The position numbers and the translations under genes are program-made. This document shows, piece after piece, positions 58,135 to 64,000 of a DNA stretch of 64,000 bases. The stretch is taken from the NCBI GenBank assembly GCA_963718665.1, contig OY970359.1:1280001-1344000 (forward strand). The letters run 5' to 3'. Below the pieces are notes generated by a model. That model saw only the letters and a list, made by a program, of their open reading frames with translations, ran no database searches and had not been told where the DNA came from. Source of the DNA: an uncultured Phycisphaerales bacterium (lineage in GTDB: Bacteria > Planctomycetota > Phycisphaerae > Sedimentisphaerales > Anaerobacaceae). Position 1 is the stretch's first letter, and each line of letters opens with the position of its first letter.

Positions 58135-58994
58135 ACCCCGTTAGAAATAATAATTCCCCAAATACCTTACACTCCCCGGCAATTTCTAACGGGGTGAGCA
58201 TTTGCATACAAGTCGAAAATCTTGGTTTTTCTTATGGGCCGCAAGCCCAGATACTAAAGAATCTCAGCTTTGAGATTCCCGCCGGCACATTTTTATCAAT
58301 TGCAGGCCCAAACGGCGCAGGCAAAACAACACTCCTCAATCTGCTATCGGGCCTGCTCAAACCCGCTTCCGGTTCAATCGAAATCGACTCGAAACCGATA
58401 AACTCGTATTCCGTCAGGCAACTCGCGAAAAAAATCGCTGTCGTGCGTCAGGAATTTGTTCCGGTCTTTGAATTTTCGGCGGCACAGATAGTTTCAATGG
58501 CCAGAACACCCTATTTGGGTGCGCTGGCGTTCGAGACCGACGCCGACAGAGAAGCGATAGCAGAGGCGCTCGAGATGACTGATACCACACGATTCTCCGA
58601 CAGGCCTCTTGGGCATCTCAGCGGCGGCGAACGCCAGCGAATCTTCATCGCACGGGCGCTGGCACAACAAACCCCGATACTGCTTCTCGATGAGCCAACG
58701 AGCTTTCTGGATATGAAACACCAGGTCGGGATTTATGATCTGCTGAAAAAAATGCAAATCGAGAAACAAAAGACGATTGTATCGGTTACGCACGATATTA
58801 ATTTGGCCGCACAATACAGTGACATGACTCTGCTGCTCTCCGCCGACGGCGACTATAACTTCGGCCCGACGCGGGAAATCCTCACAACCGAGCGAATCGA
58901 AAGCGTTTTCGGCGTCCCGACATTCTCCGCCCAAATAGGCCAAACCAGATTCTTTTTCCCGTTAGGCAGGTTCACAAAAAACCATTCGTCCTAA
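58131..58994 (+). CDS. ABC ATP-binding protein (BtuD/FepC-like)
   Basis: GPNGAGKT, LSGGERQR and LLLDEPT motifs; alternative GTG start at 58194. Confidence 0.93.
   Translation: MNPVRNNNSPNTLHSPAISNGVSICIQVENLGFSYGPQAQILKNLSFEIPAGTFLSIAGPNGAGKTTLLNLLSGLLKPASGSIEIDSKPINSYSVRQLAKKIAVVRQEFVPVFEFSAAQIVSMARTPYLGALAFETDADREAIAEALEMTDTTRFSDRPLGHLSGGERQRIFIARALAQQTPILLLDEPTSFLDMKHQVGIYDLLKKMQIEKQKTIVSVTHDINLAAQYSDMTLLLSADGDYNFGPTREILTTERIESVFGVPTFSAQIGQTRFFFPLGRFTKNHSS
58135..58195. mobile_element. MITE-like element, copy 2, in frame at the ATPase start
   Basis: Perfect 14-bp inverted repeats ACCCCGTTAGAAAT/ATTTCTAACGGGGT, flanked by GA on both sides. Confidence 0.75.
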
Positions 58995-59040
58995 TCCGGT
59001 TTCTAACCGCTTCGGACAATCGCAATATAAGAATCTGGCG

Positions 59041-60537
59041 TTACCTCGTTTTGTCCGAGCCACCGTAAATGAACCGGACTTCGCCGACGTTGGGAACAAT
59101 CGCCAAGGGAAATTTCGGTAAGGGTTTGAAACCGGCGGGCCAATATACAAAAAGTGCTTTGCCGACGAGATAATCACGGGGAACAATCCCTTCGGCGTAA
59201 CTTTCCCCGTTGTTGCCTTTGCCCGGACGAGCCCACCACCTGCCATCTTCGCTGCGAGGACTGTTGTCGCCCAGCATAAAGAACTGGTCCGCTTTGAGCG
59301 TAAGCGGGTTGCCCTCAGTTGCCCTGCCCCGCTCGTTATTGTTGGGGTTCCTGCCGGTATAGTGAATATCTCTGAACAACGCCAGGTGAGAAACAGCGAT
59401 TTCACCCGCGCCGAAAATTTTCGCCTCCGGCTCAATTCCCGTTTTTCTTTCCCCGACGTCATTAGGTCCGCGACCCAAGTCCTTAACCAGCTTTTCATCC
59501 CCGAACTCAAGAACCAGCTCGTGGTCAACGTTGGCAAACCTGAACATCTTCGGACTGCCAACTGCCAGCGAACCAGCCGCTTTGGTGGCCAGCACGTCCT
59601 CCTTGCCGTTCGCAAGCCGTGATATTGTCATCTGCCCCGAAAAATCAACTTTTCCCGTATATTGTATCCCATATTTACTCAATGACGCCCCGACCATCCC
59701 CTCAGGTCTGCTCGTATTGACCAAAAACCGAACCATAAGGTCGCTGCAATAGGGCATAAATTTATAGTCAAAAAGCTCATCGTAAGCATACGTGGCCCTG
59801 AAATCATTGCCTTGCGTCGTATCATAAACAAGCGAATATTCCTCGTTTGGGTCTCCGCTTAGCCGGAAAATCGTCGGGCTGGTGTCGTCCACTTTCCATT
59901 TCGTGCCGTCCGGGTTCCAGAACGGCTGCCGCCACTTGTGCCCGTTAAACATCGGCTCATCCTGCCTGGCCGGCTGGTAATCATTGTCGTAAACAGGCAT
60001 CCACAATTCTTCCTGCACCTTCGCCGGCTTCCTGCTTATTTGCCCGTTGATATACACGTCTCCGTCGATTATCTCGACCGTCTCGCCGGGGCGGCCGACC
60101 AGTCGCTTGATATAATTTTCCGTCGGGTCGAGCGGATTCTTGAACACCACCACGTCCCACTGCTTCGGCTCTTCGAACTGGTATATGCACTTCAGCACCA
60201 GTATCCTGTCCCCGCTCGAAGGAGCCATATCGCCCGCCGTTATCTGATAATAACCGCAGCTCGGGCAGCGAGAATACTCCTGCCTGGTCTGCCCCCTGAG
60301 CCGTGCCGGCGCGTAAATATTTTGTCCGTAGCAGTATTTATAGCCGCACTGCGTGCATCGCATCGTGTAATGCGCTCCCAGCAGCGTACTAGCCATACTG
60401 CCCGTCGGGATACGGAACGCCTCCATAACGAACGCGCGAAATACAAACGCCAGAGCAAAAGCCGTTATAAGCCATTCAAGCGTGTTGGCTATCTCGGCCG
60501 CACGGCTCTTCGATTTTATTTCCATATCCTTCGCCAT
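59041..60537 (-). CDS. lepB: Signal peptidase I with Zn-ribbon and large insertion
   Basis: IPTGSM (Ser), YIKRLVG (Lys), GDNSPRSEDGR, CTQC...CPSC; start uncertain. Confidence 0.9.
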   Translation of the reverse strand: MAKDMEIKSKSRAAEIANTLEWLITAFALAFVFRAFVMEAFRIPTGSMASTLLGAHYTMRCTQCGYKYCYGQNIYAPARLRGQTRQEYSRCPSCGYYQITAGDMAPSSGDRILVLKCIYQFEEPKQWDVVVFKNPLDPTENYIKRLVGRPGETVEIIDGDVYINGQISRKPAKVQEELWMPVYDNDYQPARQDEPMFNGHKWRQPFWNPDGTKWKVDDTSPTIFRLSGDPNEEYSLVYDTTQGNDFRATYAYDELFDYKFMPYCSDLMVRFLVNTSRPEGMVGASLSKYGIQYTGKVDFSGQMTISRLANGKEDVLATKAAGSLAVGSPKMFRFANVDHELVLEFGDEKLVKDLGRGPNDVGERKTGIEPEAKIFGAGEIAVSHLALFRDIHYTGRNPNNNERGRATEGNPLTLKADQFFMLGDNSPRSEDGRWWARPGKGNNGESYAEGIVPRDYLVGKALFVYWPAGFKPLPKFPLAIVPNVGEVRFIYGGSDKTR

Positions 60538-60682
60538 AAATTTTCGGCAGATATCTCCATCGTCGGAAATCAAGGGGGTTATTATGCGGCTAATTCGATG
60601 GCAGGTCAACTATAACCACGCCGCTGTTTCGACAAATAATGGCAAATACATCCGCGGTCTAACCGCAGAGGCCATCCTGACA

Positions 60683-61459
60683 CTACTGATCCTGGTTAAC
60701 GGTCTCCTTTGCACGCTGCACCGGATTCGTGCTCCTGGCAGGACGTTCGGTCTGGGTCTGGGCCTGCTGCTGCGCACCGCCTGCCCTGGGCGTTCTACGT
60801 TCGCGTTGCTGTTGGTGCTCTTCCTTCGCTTCATTCTCAAGTTTGGTTACCAGTTTATTCAGGCGGTCCTGCCTTTTTTTCAACACCAGATCGATCGCCT
60901 CTACGGTGTTTGTGTCATTTGTTGCCGCTGCAACTTTTCGCAGAAATCTTAATTCCGCGACAACGACAGTATTCATCGCTTGTGCAAGATCCGCTTTTTT
61001 CTCCTGTTTTCCAAGCCACTGGGTATCTTCGCCGCGGGCATCCATATCGATACGGTCAATTTCCCGCTTGAACGCGTTAAAATCGTTTACGTCGAAAACA
61101 TTCGTATCCGCAGCCATAGCGGGAACGGGGGCAGCCATCGGTGTCTCCGCTGGTGCCGGTATGGGTTTGACCGGCGCATTCGCTGGCGCACGGTTGGGCG
61201 GTTCTGTTACATTATTTGTATCTTGTGTTGGTTTTTTCGTACCAACCGTCCCTTTCGGCGCGTTCTGATTGACGCCATTATCAACCTCCTGCGATATTTC
61301 CATCGTTCCGACTGTTTCAACCAAAGTCCCCTGTCCATACGCCATCCGTAAAGCGCCGGGGCCGACCAGACAAAGACATAAAATAAAACTCAGGAATATT
61401 ACTGATTTTTCATAACTTATCAGATTCACAATATCTGCCACTCTTTTCCAGCATCTCAT
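60683..61459 (-). CDS. Hypothetical exported protein
   Basis: N-terminal hydrophobic segment, Pro/Ala linker and helical C-terminus; AAAGG RBS. Confidence 0.65.
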   Translation of the reverse strand: MRCWKRVADIVNLISYEKSVIFLSFILCLCLVGPGALRMAYGQGTLVETVGTMEISQEVDNGVNQNAPKGTVGTKKPTQDTNNVTEPPNRAPANAPVKPIPAPAETPMAAPVPAMAADTNVFDVNDFNAFKREIDRIDMDARGEDTQWLGKQEKKADLAQAMNTVVVAELRFLRKVAAATNDTNTVEAIDLVLKKRQDRLNKLVTKLENEAKEEHQQQRERRTPRAGGAQQQAQTQTERPARSTNPVQRAKETVNQDQ

Positions 61460-61516
61460 ATTTCATACCTTTCGTTGAGCCCGCATCGGGGCAGTTAAAT
61501 ACGTCTTGTACTCGTT

Positions 61517-62464
61517 TTAAATTTCCTCGGTGCTTGTTACACCGATATGCTGCATTATTCTATCAAATTCTTCGAGTGAATGAAATTCGACAACAATCCT
61601 TCCGCATTTTCCGTTTTTGCGGGTTTCTATCGCCACGTTGGTTCCAAGCTCTTTGCTTAGCCGGCTTTCGAGGTCCTGAATATGCGCCGGCCTCGTCCTG
61701 ATTTCCATTTTCTGCGCATCATTTGCGGTCAGGTATTGTCTAACCAGCCGTTCTACTTCTCTTACGCTTAGCCGCCCTGCCATCGCGCGATTGGCAAGTT
61801 TTCGTCTCAATTCATCGGTCGGCAATGCCAGTATCGCCCGAGCATGCCCCATTGTGAGCTGACCATCGATGAGCATTTGTTTGATTTCGGTCGGTAAGTC
61901 CAGCAGCCGCAAGTAGTTAGCGATTACAGACCGGTCTTCGCCCAGCCGTTGAGCTGCTTCGGCCTGCGTCAGCGAGAACGTACTTAAGTATCTCTGATAG
62001 GCATTTGCCCGCTCAATAGGGTTCAGGTCCGCCCGATTAATATTCTCCACCAAGGCCAACTCAAGCATCTCATCATCTTTAACGGGCCTGATAATCGCAG
62101 GGACCGTCTGAAGCCCCGCTATTTTTGCCGCCCGCCAACGCCTCTCTCCCGCTATCAACTGATAACCAGAACCCATAGGCCTGACAATCACCGGCTGAAT
62201 CACGCCTTTTGCCTTGATTGACTGTGCTAACTCCGCCAATTCCTGTTCGTTCCAAAAAGAACGAACCTGATACGGATTTGCTTCGATTTCATCAATTTTT
62301 ATCTCTCGAAACGAACTGCGTAACTCCTTATTTGGCAAGATGTTAGCGTTTATTTCGATTATAGGAATTGGTAGGGGAGATTCTTCTGTGGTTGTAGTTA
62401 TGGGACCCAACAGCGATGCCAGCCCCCTGCCGAGATGTTTGGGTTTGTCTGTCTTCTCAGTCAT
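61517..62464 (-). CDS. parB: Chromosome partitioning protein ParB
   Basis: LGRGLASLL, IAGERRWRA, ALVEN.NR.DL, HTH and GHARA motifs; AAGGAG RBS. Confidence 0.95.
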   Translation of the reverse strand: MTEKTDKPKHLGRGLASLLGPITTTTEESPLPIPIIEINANILPNKELRSSFREIKIDEIEANPYQVRSFWNEQELAELAQSIKAKGVIQPVIVRPMGSGYQLIAGERRWRAAKIAGLQTVPAIIRPVKDDEMLELALVENINRADLNPIERANAYQRYLSTFSLTQAEAAQRLGEDRSVIANYLRLLDLPTEIKQMLIDGQLTMGHARAILALPTDELRRKLANRAMAGRLSVREVERLVRQYLTANDAQKMEIRTRPAHIQDLESRLSKELGTNVAIETRKNGKCGRIVVEFHSLEEFDRIMQHIGVTSTEEI

Positions 62465-62623
62465 TATTTCGCTCCTTCCGTAATCTTAATTTTCCTTGCG
62501 CCAACCTTGGCTCCAGGTTATTTCGTACATTATATTCTTATTGAGGTCTTCATAAAATATTTCGGTGTTTGTAGCGGAAACTCTCCAGTGATGCCAGAAA
62601 AAAATCGCTCGTTATACAAAAAA

Positions 62624-62639
62624 TGTTTCACGTGAAACA
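62624..62639. promoter_or_regulatory. parS site 1
   Basis: Perfect palindrome TGTTTCACGTGAAACA. Confidence 0.95.
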
Positions 62640-63037
62640 ATTGCAAGGGGGTAACATCACCTGCCCTAATGTAACCGCGTAACCATTGAAGCAGTTGATT
62701 TCTAACTTTTTGATTAATCGAGTGAGGTAAATATAAAGAAAGGGTTGGAATTTGCCAGCATCACCGGTAACGCCGCAACTGCACAAATCCATCAATAGCA
62801 ATATTTGCCCCTGTGCGCCCGCACAAGGTTTCGTATCCCCGGAGAATATCCAAGCCGCCCTTTTTAAATATCAAAGCAGCAAAATACGTGTCTATGGGGT
62901 TGGTGAAAAAATCAAGATTGCTTCAACAGCTCCTCTACCTTCCTTTAGCTTTGTCGTTGAGACACTAAGAACAATCGACTGTCCATTCTCCATAGGCATA
63001 GCAATAAGAGATACCATTCGCATCTTTTTAAGAGCAA

Positions 63038-63053
63038 TGTTTCACGTGAAACA
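63038..63053. promoter_or_regulatory. parS site 2
   Basis: Perfect palindrome TGTTTCACGTGAAACA. Confidence 0.95.
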
Positions 63054-63247
63054 CGCTCAAAACTCCTAATGCTTGCGAAATGATTTTTGGGATTGTTACC
63101 TTTGATTTAATTAGTTGTATTTACACCAATAGTACATTGTTGTTTATTCCGCCCTACAAAACAGCCCTTAACGGTATCGTTTTAGGTAATTTGGGAAATT
63201 AAAGGAGCTGTTAGGGTAAGTTTTTTGAATCGACTTCGATATTGAAC

Positions 63248-64000
63248 TTACATTGAGCGCCAGCCGACAGCGAATGGCTCTTTGGAGTCATCCTGGGTTT
63301 TACGAGAGGCCGATTGCTCTATCAGCACTTCAACGTGCCGCTGTTTCGGAATAAAATCTTCAACACATTTATTCGAAAACAGGGCCGTAACCGTCCTTTC
63401 GAACCCCAGAACAATGGCGCACAGCATAATCGCCTGGGTGATGCTGCGAGGAGCGGAAGGGGTACCGATAAAATACGCCGTCGTTGATGCGGCAAGCAAC
63501 AGAAGCACTATTGTTTCCATAATAGCTTCTAATAATCCTATTATTGGGTGGCGGACGTAAAAATAGCCGCCGCCGGGAAACGCTATCGACAGTATCGTGG
63601 CCCAGGACTTTTTCTTAAATTCCAGGGAACAGTTGGGGCAGGCGTAATAGTCCTTTATAAGCGGTTTTGCGCACCTTGGGCACAAATGCACTCTTTCCAT
63701 TGTCGGGCTTGATTCCCCCTTGAGCGGCATATCCTTTAGCAGTTCTCTTGCCTTCTTTCTGCCGTTTCTGCCGATGCAGCGGAACCTTTCTGTTTTGCCG
63801 CTCTTGTGTTTTGCGACAAGAGTCACCCATCTCAGTCGAATATGGCGACAATCCGCATATAATATTTGTGCAACAGACCCTCGGTGCCGCAGATTGTGTG
63901 TTGTTGGCACGTGAAGTATGCGCCTGTTGGTAATGGCAAACAAGGACCGTTTTAGCGGCTGAAGCAGAAGACCCGTAAGCAACTGCTCGACGAAAGTTGC
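63248..64000 (-). CDS. Hypothetical membrane protein with zinc ribbon; 5' end outside the window
   Basis: Frame open to the window's end; CPRC...CPNC followed by SIAFPGGGYFY and TM segments. Confidence 0.7.
   Translation of the reverse strand, partial: ATFVEQLLTGLLLQPLKRSLFAITNRRILHVPTTHNLRHRGSVAQILYADCRHIRLRWVTLVAKHKSGKTERFRCIGRNGRKKARELLKDMPLKGESSPTMERVHLCPRCAKPLIKDYYACPNCSLEFKKKSWATILSIAFPGGGYFYVRHPIIGLLEAIMETIVLLLLAASTTAYFIGTPSAPRSITQAIMLCAIVLGFERTVTALFSNKCVEDFIPKQRHVEVLIEQSASRKTQDDSKEPFAVGWRSM

Noticed and set aside
62465..63247. oriC or a 105-aa gene upstream of parB
   Set aside because: No DnaA-box cluster found; the ORF runs through parS and lacks motifs.

Overview
A mostly housekeeping bacterial chromosome segment. 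Gene styles (Zn-ribbon signal peptidase I, fused-type SecDF, coaE-rho, BlaI/M56 pair) suggest Planctomycetota, possibly Phycisphaerae; this is inference, not a search result. It is probably near the replication origin, since parB has two perfect parS sites upstream. Contents in order: an AT-rich left edge with a truncated SorC-like regulator, a GT3 glycogen synthase-like gene, queF/queC/queE, tRNA-Leu(GAG), LysM, yajC-secDF (frameshifted), TPR-lspA, valS, rho, coaE, HU-csp-HNH, dxr-rseP, a ~26 kb surface-glycan locus, gpmI-mutL-Btu-like ABC transporter, lepB and parB. Strongest candidate for a new system: a BlaI repressor plus a BlaR1-type M56 protease fused to a GH10 xylanase domain, with a TACA-N2-TGTA operator lying between -35 and -10, i.e. 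a putative glycan-sensing circuit. Other highlights: a divergent SHMT-like PLP enzyme lacking folate-binding residues beside the glycan locus; about 11 heptamer tandem-repeat tracts, including a perfect (AATACGC)4 inside mutL; two copies of an ACCCCG...CGGGGT MITE-like element, one inserted in frame at a start codon; and two frameshifts at the same 10-mer.
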